From contig OZ024742.1 of NCBI GenBank assembly GCA_964016885.1, positions 273,916,001 to 273,980,000 on the forward strand: DNA of 64,000 bases. Reading direction: 5' to 3'. Both the position numbers and the translations under genes were made by a program. This stretch comes from Eledone cirrhosa. Its lineage: Eukaryota. The notes beneath the pieces were generated by a model. The model searched no databases, was not told the DNA's origin, and saw only the letters and a list, made by a program, of their open reading frames with translations. Below, piece by piece: positions 51,996 through 64,000 of the stretch. The number at the start of each line of letters is the position of its first letter. Within the stretch, counting starts at the first letter, position 1.

Positions 51996-53743
51996 AACCT
52001 AAAGTGAGTTTCTTAATCATTCTTCTTGCAAAACATTCCCATTTTCCTTTTCAAATACAATGAACTTTCTGCTTGAACAATTGCAATTTTTAGTGACCAT
52101 GTGTTCATGTCACGAAGAACATTATTTATTATGAACATTATCTATTACAAACACTATTTAAGAACAAACATTGTGTATAGCATTGTGTATAGCATTTTTT
52201 TCTGTCCATCTTGTTTTGCAAACATTTTTATTTTTTTTGTTCTGCAATATTAATTGTGTAATTGCCATAATTTCTATATACATACACGGCGTGTACATAT
52301 TCTATTTTTCATGCACACTACACAACCACGTTTGTTTCACCTTTGGTTCATACACTGAGCAATAGATATTTTGTCCCTCTAACTCTTACACTACAAAATG
52401 TTTTCTCTTTGATCATGTATTTCACAAATCGCATCCTCAAAACACTGGTCTTCTTTTTTCACGTACACATTCACTCAATAGCTCGAGAATGCCTCGCTAT
52501 TTTCTACCACATGCATTCGGTCGAGTCATATACTTTGGAGCAAACTGTTACTTTTAAGCAGCATGCTTACGGCCATTCAGTTACGGTTACGTTCACTTCC
52601 CTGTTAGACTTTTTGTCACGCAATTCACAGGCAGCTCAACCCAAATTGCAACGGGCTCATTCATTACACCTGCATATTCCGGTCAAAGTCATTTTATAGT
52701 TTATTTCTTTTTCTCTTCTTGACACACACATCTTGCCATATCATCTCTACATCGACTCTGTCCTATACTCGATGATCACCAAACTTCACAACGTGCTGGT
52801 CACTCCTGACAAATGCACCACTGGCACATTACTATACGATATTTCGCTCTTTTGTTGTACAAAAGATCTGGCACGAGCCCAATGTACAGCCACCGGAAAT
52901 ACCATCTGTGAAATAAACAGCTCTATATATCTGCTTAGCTAGCTACCTCACCGTGAACAAACAACCCTTAAAGCGTACGCAGCGGCTAAACATCAAACGA
53001 TTATTTTTGTATAAATAGAGTGATTCCAAACACTTTCGCCAGTCGACTTTAGCAGATTCAGCTCACGTATCGTTGTGCCTCTCTTCTGCCGTGCTTGTCA
53101 CTCACACACGCCTTGTACCTCTGTATCGTCGCTTCATTTATGAAAATAAATAGCTGACCGAAACTACATTTCTCGCCTTGCTCGTCCTTTCAACTTGTGC
53201 TTTCGCCTGTTCATCCTTACCGTATGTGACAACAGTCCTTTTAAGGGCTATCCTCATATCCGATCAGACCGTATGCGATAACAGTCCTTTTAAGGGCTAT
53301 TCTCGGATCCGTTCAGAAGTAGTGACCAGATCGACTAACCACGTCGCTACACACACATTAAAAACATTTTCAATCATGTTTTCTAGAAGTTCGGATATTA
53401 AAAGAATATCATTCAGTTAGTCACTCAATAACGAACACTGTTTTATTTCGTTTAGTATGTGCTTAAATTTCTCTTTTCATTCTTCTCTTGCTAATTTATT
53501 TTCTTCAACTTGACTGTTCTTTTCACGCCAGTTCGTGTAATGTTTTTATGGTCAAAAGACGAAATTATTTTGAAATATATCCCTGTCATAACACGGTATC
53601 ACTTGGGAATTTTTCAAAGTCATATATAGTTCGCATCAACTTTTTCTATAATTCCTCTATTATAATAAATATAATGATTTTTGTTGGGTATCTAATCGTC
53701 AGGATAGTTTCCCTGTTTTTCAGTTATTATTTAAAAACCTGTA

Positions 53744-53931
53744 GGGCGGTGGATTGGCAGTGTCGGTAGAGGGTCGGACGCCATGCTTTGACGCATAGAG
53801 TTACGCCCCTTTATGATCTGAGTTCAAATCCCGCCGAGGTTAACGTTGCCTTTCATCCTTACGGGGTCGATAAAATAAAGTACCAGTAATACACTGGGAT
53901 AATTGCTGGCCTTGTGCCAAAAGTAGAAACA
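53744..53931 (+). mobile_element. SINE family A, full length, with 18-bp target-site duplication
   Basis: ATTATTTAAAAACCTGTA at 53726-53743 and 53932-53949 flanks a complete copy. Confidence 0.96.
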
Positions 53932-54149
53932 ATTATTTAAAAACCTGTATATGATATCTTTCCTGATTCTGAGGTTAGCAAAATATCTACATGTTAGATA
54001 TGCTGTATATGGTATCGTTAGCAACTATCCAAACAATTGTCTGGCTTTTGGCCTGAATTTGAAAATATTAGTTGGCGAGTGATTGGCAATGTTTTCATTA
54101 TATGAATTATATATATGTCATTTAAATTATAGGTGTAATAAACTGACAG

Positions 54150-54350
54150 TGTCGGAGGAGTGTTGCACAACATTCGATGTGGTATATTATTAGGGCCGTA
54201 TACGTTCTAAGTTCAAATACTGCCGATGTTTGCTTAGCATATTATCCGTACTTTTTCGATTGAAATACCTCTAAATGAAATACCACTAGCACATAGGGGT
54301 TGATTTAATATAATTTCAACTTCCCTTCTAATTGCTGACCAAATGTAGAA
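54150..54350 (+). mobile_element. Highly decayed relative of SINE family A
   Basis: TACGTTCTAAGTTCAAATACTGCCGATGTT B-box region and AATTGCTGACC..TAGAA tail remnant. Confidence 0.5.
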
Positions 54351-55284
54351 AAAATACGTTACATTGATTTTTGTGCATTTTTATATATAATACATTCTGT
54401 ATACTGAAGAAAATATACAACGTACCATACATATTAAACACATATCTTTCGCTATGAATCACACGTACAAACTATGGAAGAGCTGAATTAATTAATATAA
54501 CAAAAAACCCATAGAACAGAAGACAAAATGCATTACACGAAACCAATAATATTTTGTGTATTACAGATTAAAGGAGCAATTCTTTGGTTCCGAAGCGCAT
54601 TTTATTAATTCTTGCTTTAAACGTAACTGCTGTTACTAATATGCGTAAGAAAGGTTTTATTTAGAACAGTTTCAGATAATACTAAACCCAGTTATATTGT
54701 GACTTTGTAGCCTTTTATAATAAAGTAGTAAATCCTATTGTTGCATAGCATAGTAACGTTTTTTTTATATATTTGAAGTTGATATTAATTCACGTTCAAC
54801 GGTGTAACTTATTGCAATATTTATCTCAATATCTATTGAGTACTTTTCATTTTGTTAACCAGCCGTAATATTTTAGTATTTTGGTTTACTACCCTTTTCA
54901 AATAAAATATATACTAACAATCCTTTGGTGATATTACACCAAGCCACGACGCAGTTTTACATGAAAAGCTTTCACCATTGATATATTTCGATATTTTCTA
55001 AAAGTAGTATCGTAAGATACTGTTCAGATTTCCAACAAATCATATCTGAGGAACTATGTTTATGTTTCAAAAACATATTTTTGTCGAGCTGCAAAATTAT
55101 GGCAAGGTTTTCAATTTATTTCATTGTTATAAAGGCATAAACGGGCGATTTACGAAGACTGAAGTCAATTGATAAACAGGCGCGCAAAATTATTTTAAGG
55201 TGAGATAATACACTATATTCCAAACACCACATACCGATTACAATGCACACACACACATATGTATATACATGTATATTTATATAA

Positions 55285-55440
<156 letters not shown>

Positions 55441-56229
55441 ATTATAATAGCTGATGCAGGCGATACCGTGGTGTGTGTTTCAAAAAAATAAACAGTAAAA
55501 AAATCTTCTAGATACACATAATTTTTCACTTTACCATTCCTGTATAATATTTGAAGATTTCTAGGTGTTTACACTCGGGAACAACCTACATATAACCATC
55601 CATGGCTAAAAAATGATTCACTTATATTAAATTCTAAAACTTTGAAATTCTGAGCCTCAGCTTTATGTACGGTCATAGCAAAACAGGCTCAGACATGGAA
55701 CTGAAGTCTTGACAATTTGAACGGCAACTCGGTACAGGAAGGAGTAAGAGGAGGCATCTTAGGAATAAAGGCATTTCTCCTTGATGATTGCCTCTAAAGA
55801 TAGTGACCTCTAAGCAATGGTTCATCATCCTCCTAGCTGTAAAGCGATTGCCGTTGCATAGAGGTTGCGGGCCCACGTTTCTCAAAGTTCCAATATTTTA
55901 TATTTTATGTAGATATTTAGATATAGATACTTGTATATAGATGTGTATGTATGTGTGTATGTGTGGGGGGTGTCTGTGTGTATGTGTGTGTGTGCGTGCC
56001 CGTGTGGTTATGTATATGTGTGTTTGAACCACCGTCCGAGTCGTGTGTTTAATTCTCTGTGTATCTGCTTAAGTATTTACGTGAAGATATGTGTATGTAA
56101 CTTACTAAGGCGTAATGTACGTAAGAAACGTGCAAACACACACACACACACACATAGACACTCATATGAAAAATTGACGTCATAATCGTGTTATAAAATA
56201 TCCATTTTCTTGTCTATTGTTGAATATTT

Positions 56230-56355
56230 TAGATAAAGTGTTACTCCAGGGGTATAATACCTTGTAAAATTTGATTTGATCTGGTCGAGCCGTTCGGAAA
56301 TGCATAAGGAAAAGACAGATAGACGGACAGAAATGCAAAGAATGTTGTATATAGA
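56230..56355 (-). mobile_element. Possible Helitron-like 5' terminus fragment
   Basis: Minus strand A|TCTATATACAAC...CTGTCCGTCTATCTGTC..ATGCATTTCCGAACGGCT..AAATTTTACA, a typical non-autonomous Helitron 5' leader. Confidence 0.4.
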
Positions 56356-56718
56356 TTAATAAACATATTAAAGTTTAAGCAAAGAATCACTGCTTCTATC
56401 CTTTTATGGGATCTTCTAAAACTGAGAAAAATCAATCTCCAAACGCAGAAGTAAATAAATAATAATAAGTTACAACCTAAGGAAAACAGAAATACGATAC
56501 GTTCGGTCTTGACAACGTTCACGAAAAATATGCGAGGATAATTACATCATTATGTGGAGCGTGAAGAACAATTTCTTGCAAAGGAAAAAAAAACACGTTT
56601 ATGCTATCTAGAAAATCTTTCGACTAATATTCTTTTTAAAAAAAACGAATGATTTCCAGCCACAAATTTTGAGAAAAATGTAAATATAATAATTATACGA
56701 AAATAACTGAAGTTGTTA

Positions 56719-56900
56719 ATCAATATATATAAAACAGAAGATGTTTGTTTGTGTAACCGCATGCATTTCTACATTTTGCAACCGATTTGCACCAAATTTC
56801 ATACATAGGTTTCTGAAGTCCTATTACCCGTCGTAGGCTATTTTCTTTTCTTGTACATCGATTGTGGAGGCCCCTAGGCGCAGGTATCCCCCTTAAGCCT
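56719..56900 (+). mobile_element. Possible Helitron-like 5' terminus fragment
   Basis: ATCAATATATATAAAAC..GTTTGTTTGTGT..ATGCATTTC..ACCGATTTGCACCAAATTT, similar to the 56230 leader. Confidence 0.4.
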
Positions 56901-57674
56901 CGCCCTTCGACTTATCTATTGAAGTTCACTTTAACACTGTATTAATACCTGATAACTTTTGACGTTTACGTTCGATCTTCGTTTTCACTTTCCTAACAAT
57001 CATCGTCGGATGAAATATCAGAAATGTAAACATATGATTCATTTGAAGATAAATCACTAATATTATCTTTTGCTTCTTGTTCATTTTGAATGTCGTCGTG
57101 TGTAAAAACTTTAAAGTCGGTATCGCTTATTTCATAAGCCATGTTGATACAAACAAAACATCTGTTGTACATTCAACGTTAAAAAAACACGTGCTGTTTT
57201 AAGTTTTTTCACTATATTAAGTGTTAATTTTCGCGGTAGGGGCCTAATCTTGCAGTAACCTCGAATTGACGAGATTTTGATGACGGTATTGTTTAATTTT
57301 AGAACGATATTTAAGTGTGGGTGTTACAGCGGTTTTGGACGGTTTGAACAAATGAAGGGGAAATAATTTCGGCCGGTTTGAACACTAAAGGATTAAAGGA
57401 GGTTTAGTTAATGTGTAATTAGGTTCCAGTTTATCATGCTGTGATTTTTCGGCCATTTTTGCCTGTATCCTTTTAATGGTTAGTACTTACTTTGCGTTGC
57501 CCCTAACTTAAAACTTGAAATTTGATTGGTACACAAAATCTTGCAAAACATACCCACTTTCTCAGACCACATAGATTCATCATATTTTTCACAATTTATA
57601 TCCGTGTTTTTTGGCTTACTTAAACGTTATTTGTCCACTATTTATCGTTTTCCCTGGTTAATTTTCTAAAAACA

Positions 57675-58613
57675 ATGCCCCCGAAGAAAAGAACTCTCAT
57701 TCCAATAGCATAAAGAAAAGACCCAGATAAAAAATATGATTTGGTACAACGCTCCTTTTTCTCTATCTATTATTAGTAATAGTCCTAAACTATTGTTTAG
57801 GGCCTTAGATAAATGCTTCCCTCCTTCACATATTTATAGTAAGATCTGTAATAAGCATACAATTACATTTTCTTATTCCACCACTTCCAACATCTATAAC
57901 ATTATCTCAAAACATAATACTAAAATATTAAGTAATAAATCATATCCATCCAGCACTGAGCGTCATAATAATAACAATAGTAAGCCCGACGTCAATGTTA
58001 ACTCTAGGCTAGATTCCGTAAATTTAAATACGACGTCAAACGTAACTTTGTCGAATGTTCATAATACCAATCTAAATCAGGAATCATTAGCACCTATCGT
58101 AAGTAACTTCTCCAAATCAATTCCTTCTATAAATAATACTGGGTCACTTGCTAATAACTCTAATCGTAATTGCAATTGCCCTATTAGAACTAAATGTCCT
58201 CTTAGTAACCAATGTCTTGATAACAATTTAGTGTATGAATGTAAGGTTATAACTGGTACTAATTCTTTTACTTATTTTGGTTCCACTTCCACTTCCTTTA
58301 AGGCAACATTTTATAATCACAATTCTTCTTTTAGATACCAACTTAAAGAACTAACACAACACTCTCAGAACTCATATGGTCCTTAAAGGACAAAAATGTT
58401 AACTACAACATTTCTTGGAGAAAGGTTTGCAACGCCTCTCCTTACTCTAATTCTTCCATATCCAGAACATCTAATCTCTGCCTAGCGGAGAAATTTACCA
58501 TGATCTCTAATTTTAATTCTATCATAAATAGACGTACGGATTTATTTTCGCTCTGCTTGCATAAATCCCATAGAACTTTCCATAAAGTATACAGCTATTA
58601 TCTTACCACCTAA
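57675..58613 (+). pseudogene. Penelope-like element GIY-YIG endonuclease region (frameshifted), no RT visible
   Basis: IWYNAPFS..LDKCFPPSH...FSYS..NIISKHNTKIL, CNC....CPL..QC, LVYECKV..YFGST..FK..YNH..SF (GIY-YIG equivalent). After a frameshift: TLSELIWSLK..YNISW...NLCLAEK..INRR.DL...CLH. Confidence 0.85.
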
Positions 58614-59575
58614 TTAGTTTAAAATCTTTTTTTCTCAAACACTTTTATATTTTTTACAAATATACCCATCTTTCTACTTTATTTCAGTATATTATACAAT
58701 ATTACTCATACTATATCGTTAGCGGTCCCCTAATTTTCTTCTTTTTTTTGATTTCTAATCTTTAATCTGCAACTTGTACTTCTCAATTACTCCTTAATTC
58801 ATCTTATAACTCACTATAGCATTTTCCTTATATTCTCGGCCATACACATTTTTATTTTTAGTATATACTAATATTACCATTAGAGAAATTTTGTAAACAT
58901 ATTTTTTGACGTTATATATTTTTTTCTTCCTTACATGTTTTCTTTCTTCTCTCCTTCCATGCTCGTATTAAATTTATTATTTACTTTTTCCTATTACAAT
59001 TTATAGAAACAAACTTGGACCCGAATTAATTCCTCTAAGTTCATAATGTATTTAAACTTATCTTCATTCAACTTATCTTCTTAATATATTTTATTTTAAT
59101 AATACATTTTAGTAAAATTCCTTTTCGCACATCTTATTAAACCCTTCAATATATAAACCTTAAATAAATAGTATTCTTAATTCCTTTTTCTTTAATCATA
59201 AGCATCACCATTCATAAACCTCATTAACTTTTAATTTCTTAATTTTTTTAAAATTATGTATTTATCTTAGAACGGTATGTTTATATTTTTCTCTGTGAGA
59301 CAGAGTTTCTCAGTATTAAAGGTTATCGCGCTCTCTCTCACACACTCATTTTCTCCTCCTCTCTCACCCTTCCTTCTTATACTCCTCCTCCGTCATCCTT
59401 TCCTTATTATTAATTTTTTTCTTCTATCTATATTTTTTATCCCTGTTCCTTACCTTTCTTTCCCCCTTCCTTTCTTTTTTTCCAATCTCATATATCCCTC
59501 TAATTTTATTTTTCATGTGGTGATTTGACACTTCACTGCTCGCAAGTGTTTTTTAAGCTTCATATCATGTTTCCA

Positions 59576-59646
59576 TATTTTATCTGATGAGAACGCAAAT
59601 ATCATCCCAGGATGATATTTGTTTTTGAAATGCGCATAATAAAATA
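59576..59646 (+). ncRNA. Type I hammerhead ribozyme at the 3' end of the Penelope-like element
   Basis: Stem I TATTTTAT/ATAAAATA (8 bp), CTGATGA, long stem II GCAAATATCATC-CCAG-GATGATATTTGT, GAA, stem III palindrome ATGCGCAT, predicted cleavage after AUA at 59638. Confidence 0.9.
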
Positions 59647-59676
59647 AATGGAACCCTTTAAACCATATTTTGATTT

Positions 59677-60223
<547 letters not shown>

Positions 60224-60225
<2 letters not shown>

Positions 60226-60405
60226 GTTATTCCGGGTTGAATCGGAGGTAACCACAGTAAGTAAGGTACTCAATACATAGCAGAGTATAAAAGTTTTAAT
60301 ATAGGTGAGATTCTACAGGACTAGAACTGTTTCATTCATTAGAAATCATCAGAGATTCCTGATGATTTCTAATGAATGAAACAGTTCTAGTCCTGTAGAA
60401 TCTCA

Positions 60406-60410
<5 letters not shown>
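60224..60410. mobile_element. Short hammerhead-bearing fold-back element between (TA)n tracts, copy 1
   Basis: Unique 77-bp tail, then inverted arms 60301-60352 and 60359-60410. A second copy lies at 60631-60790. Confidence 0.8.
60352..60404 (+). ncRNA. Type I hammerhead ribozyme (53 nt)
   Basis: Stem I GAGATTC/GAATCTC, CTGATGA, stem II T.TTC-TAAT-GAA.T (U:U at 10.1:11.1), GAA, stem III ACAG-TTCTAGTC-CTGT, predicted cleavage after GUA at 60397. Confidence 0.85.
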
Positions 60411-60463
<53 letters not shown>

Positions 60464-60554
60464 CATATATGTATGTACATTTATGTATATATTTATATAT
60501 ATACATATATATATATATTTATATATATGTATATATATATATGTATATAAATAA

Positions 60555-60630
<76 letters not shown>

Positions 60631-60632
<2 letters not shown>

Positions 60633-60787
60633 CCACAGTAAGTATGGTACTAAATACATTGCAGAGTATAAAAGTTTTAATAAAGATGAGATTCTACAGG
60701 ACTAGAGCTGTTTCATTCTTTAGAAATCATCAGGGTTCCTGATTATTTCTAAAGTTCTAGTCCTGTAGAATCTCATCTATGTTAAAA

Positions 60788-60790
<3 letters not shown>
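60631..60790. mobile_element. Second, more damaged copy of the 60224 fold-back element
   Basis: Same tail (AACCACAGTAAGTA..) and fold-back at 60733-60739. The plus-arm core is mutated to CTGATTA with a deletion; the minus-arm core is intact but lacks its stem I partner. Confidence 0.8.
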
Positions 60791-60881
<91 letters not shown>

Positions 60882-60930
60882 GAAAGAAGATTGACATGGT
60901 TTGCAATGCAAAAAAGGTTTTTAATCTCAT

Positions 60931-61038
60931 TGCTGACAATTGTTTCTCTGAACTGGTAGGTCTAGAGATCGCTATTCGCTTGTTTTCACGTTACTCGATC
61001 GCCAATACAAAATTATAACCAGTCAGTTCTTCGGAGCA
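60931..61038 (-). ncRNA. Hammerhead-like ribozyme, core variant CCGAAGA
   Basis: Reverse complement of 61870-61977. Confidence 0.65.
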
Positions 61039-61869
61039 TGCGAGAATGAAGAGAATATACAGGCATGAATGGAATATACAGGCTACTATATGAAGTAGTA
61101 ATGGCATTCAGTTAGAACAATAACAACAATTACAACAATGCTAGTAATAAATTATTTGAGGAGACCCTGCATTACATTAGGTGGGGGGGTATAGTCTATC
61201 TAAGATTTCGGCGTGTAAAACTAGATGACATGAAGCAGAAGTATAAGTTTGGCATGTCGTAGTGTGTATTGTATCAATTTTAAAGATAAGCCGGTGTTTA
61301 TCACCAATATAGGTCAGGTGGCCGTAATGTTCAGTATTTATCTGACCGACGAAGTATTTATCATTGAGTAGAATTTGTGTGGTCTACATTAGATGAGAAT
61401 ACAGTCTTTCTTTTCATCTTCAATAACATACATGTATGGGACAACACTGTCAAAGCTAAATAGTGGGCGAGTTAATACAGAGGTTAAGGAGGCAATATAT
61501 ATATATATATATATACACATATATACACATATATACACACACACATATATATACACGCGCACGCGTACATAGACACATACATACACATCAATATACACTC
61601 GTACAAATACATACATATATGCAAAGAGATAAACATGCTGACTGTAATTATGGCAAAAGGAACGTAAAGTTACATTGTAGTAGTGATATGAGAAATTCTT
61701 GGGTTTAGGATCAAGTGATGGCAGCAGCTGAGAAGGAATAAGTTTATGGGTTGATGAGGTACTTACAGACATTTGTGTGGTAAAGACTTGTGAAGGCTAG
61801 AGTGTACTTAATGAGTATATTTCTGTGGTGATTTATGCAGGGTAGTAGTATATTCTCTTCATTCCCGCA

Positions 61870-61977
61870 TGCTCCGAAGAACTGACTGGTTATAATTTTG
61901 TATTGGCGATCGAGTAACGTGAAAACAAGCGAATAGCGATCTCTAGACCTACCAGTTCAGAGAAACAATTGTCAGCA
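61870..61977 (+). ncRNA. Hammerhead-like ribozyme, core variant CCGAAGA, long stem II
   Basis: Stem I TGCT/AGCA, CCGAAGA, stem II closed by CTGACTGGT/ACCAGTTCAG around ~60 nt, GAA, stem III palindrome ACAATTGT, GUC triplet ending 61973. Confidence 0.65.
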
Positions 61978-62203
61978 ATGAGATTAAAAACCTTTTTTGT
62001 ATTGCAAACCATGTCAATCTTCTTTCCTGATTTATTATTACTCCAAGTGTTTACAACATAGGAATTACAGCATACCCGCAACATCACTATGAATACGCCT
62101 TGTTGAGTCAAACCAAGCCTAACGTTGATATCATCCACTACCCGGAATACCATAACTGGACTACACCTAAGGGGACTGGATATAACTATTATTCGTTACC
62201 CCG

Positions 62204-62239
<36 letters not shown>

Positions 62240-62371
62240 CATATATATATATATATACAGTATTTTCCGTAGTGTTGTAATATAAATATTACACACAGTA
62301 GATGGACAGCTCACGTAGAGTTTGCTCGACGGTTCCAGTTGTAGTTCCAAAAGTAATCCGGAGAAAAATAG

Positions 62372-62664
62372 AAGGATTTAAATGGATACAGTTTAGTTAA
62401 AAGGAATTTATTGACATGTGATTCAATAACAGTTACATAACCTGAAAACAGCTGCTATCTACAAAGTATTAGTTATGCAGACATTCAATATTTCAATGTT
62501 ATTATCAACTGTCATTTCATCAGAATGACAGTTGATAATAACATTGAAATATTGAATGTCTGCATAACTAATACTTTGTAGATACCAGCTGTTTTCAGGT
62601 TTTGTAACTGTTATTGAAACACGTGTCAATAAATTCCTTTTAACTAAACTGTATCCATTTAAAT

Positions 62665-62668
<4 letters not shown>
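62372..62668. repeat. Near-perfect palindrome, 145-bp arms, 7-nt loop
   Basis: 62372-62516 pairs with 62524-62668; the loop is TCATCAG. Confidence 0.96.
62471..62523 (-). ncRNA. Hammerhead core lacking the 5' strand of stem I
   Basis: CTGATGA, stem II AATG/CATT, GAA, stem III ATAT-TGA-ATGT, GUC. The upstream stem I strand is replaced by the fold-back arm. Confidence 0.6.
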
Positions 62669-62715
<47 letters not shown>

Positions 62716-62725
62716 CATATATATA

Positions 62726-63892
62726 AGAGGAAAAGGAAGAGGAAATGGCTAGACCATTTTAGGACCCTACTAGGAGAGCCACCCTCCACAGCCCAGAGCA
62801 CTGGGGAGATCAGGCGGCTGTTTGAGGAACTGGATGTTGAGACAGAGCCCTTCACCAGAGAGGAGCTTCAGAGAGCCAAGAAGAGGATCAAGGAGGGCAA
62901 GGCTCATGGAGAAGATGGAGTGGCATCAGAGGTGATGAAGAGGTGTGATTTTGATGATATCTCCTGGGGTTCTGTAACGGGGCACTGGAGCAAGGAGTTG
63001 CCCCGAATCAGTGGAGGATAAGTAACATCGTCCCAGTGCCAAAGAAGGGAGATCTCTCTAACACCAACAACTACCGGGGGATCTCACTGACGTCACTTGT
63101 GGCAAAGACCCTCAACAGGATGATTCTTAACAGGATCCAGCCTGAGATGGAGAAGAAGCTCAGGGACAACCAGAACGGCTTCAGAAGAGTAGATCAACCA
63201 CCAGTCACATCCTGATGCTGAGAAGGATATTAGAGGGAGCTAGAGCAAAGTGCCTTCCTGCGGTCATGGTTTTTATTGACTTTAGGAAGGCCTTTGATTC
63301 TGTGGACCGTTACTGCCTGATGAAGATCTTACAGGCTTATGGAATCCCCAAGAAGATAGTGGACCTGATATCACTGCTCTACACCAACACCAAAGCCCAA
63401 GTCATTACACCTGATGGGATGACAGAGTTCTTTGAGATACTGGCTGGAGTGTTCCAGGGAGATACATTGGTTCCCTACCATTTTATCATCGTAGTGGACT
63501 ATTGTATGCGCCTTGCACTGGAGAAACACCAGGACTCTGGATAGGTGCTACACGAGAACGCTGAGGATGGCTCTGAACATTAATCAGTATACACTGAGGA
63601 TGAAAAACTCAGAGCTGTATGGGAGCATCCCAAATATCAGCTCAAAAGTGACACAGAGGACACTGAGGTTAGCTTGACATGCTCACCGACATCCAGAGTT
63701 GACATTGCACTCAGTGCTCCTTTGGGAGCCCCTACATGGACACACTGGAAGTGGAAGACCAAGGTTGACGTATGTTGATGCCCTAAGGTCAGACACTGGT
63801 CTGTTGGAGACGCAGGACATGGCAGCGATAATGAGGGACAGAGAGCGCTGGAGAGAACTCGTCCATGGAGCTCGGGAATTTTACCCGCCTTA
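62726..63892 (+). mobile_element. RTE-clade-like LINE fragment (RT + C-terminus, internal deletion at ~63540) within (TA)n
   Basis: IVPVPKKGDLS..NYRGISLTS, FIDFRKAFDSV, GVFQGDTL and C-terminal GRPRLTYVD..RDRERWR. The YADD region is deleted. Confidence 0.88.
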
Positions 63893-64000
63893 GATATATA
63901 TATATACATATATCTATATATATTTAGATATATGTATATATATATATATATATAAAGGAACGATCGACTTTCGTCAAATCGGACCAAGGGAACAATGTTT

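Larger units (their letters stand above)
60877..62203. mobile_element. Penelope-style inverted terminal-repeat structure (~190-bp arms at 60877-61068 and 61848-62031)
   Basis: The arms are near-perfect reverse complements, each carries a hammerhead-like motif, and the whole unit is bounded by (TA)n. Confidence 0.75.

Noticed and set aside
52000-53350. Possible Gypsy 3' region or LTR, including a ~50-bp tandem duplication at 53230-53320
   Set aside because: No second LTR copy, clear polypurine tract or TG...CA boundary could be fixed.

Overview
AT-rich, repeat-saturated metazoan DNA; the SINE types and microsatellite load suggest an octopod cephalopod (inference only). There is no convincing intact host gene, only one weak exon candidate at 12770-12875, and essentially every coding remnant is a decayed transposon. 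Three patterns stand out. (1) An (ATT/AAT)n microsatellite 'ecosystem': three full-length L1/Tx1-type LINEs stacked head-to-tail (27738-45218), several Tx1 3' fragments, three R4/Dong-type RLE LINEs plus two RLE fragments, and a tRNA-derived SINE. Tx1 and the SINE end in (ATT)n and share a ~30-nt 3' tail, while the RLE elements sit on the opposite (AAT)n strand. (2) A (TA)n-associated set of Penelope-like derivatives carrying at least five distinct type I hammerhead ribozyme sequences, several with palindromic stem III. It includes an apparently RT-less GIY-YIG ORF and fold-back palindromes centred on the ribozyme core. (3) A 259-bp tandem-plus-inverted array of a 71-nt cloverleaf tRNA-like gene with an abnormal anticodon loop and a Pol III terminator, just upstream of one hammerhead. 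Also present: a DD37D Tc1/mariner relic, a Gypsy pol relic, an RTE fragment and Helitron-like termini. All calls were made by eye, with no database searches or folding programs.
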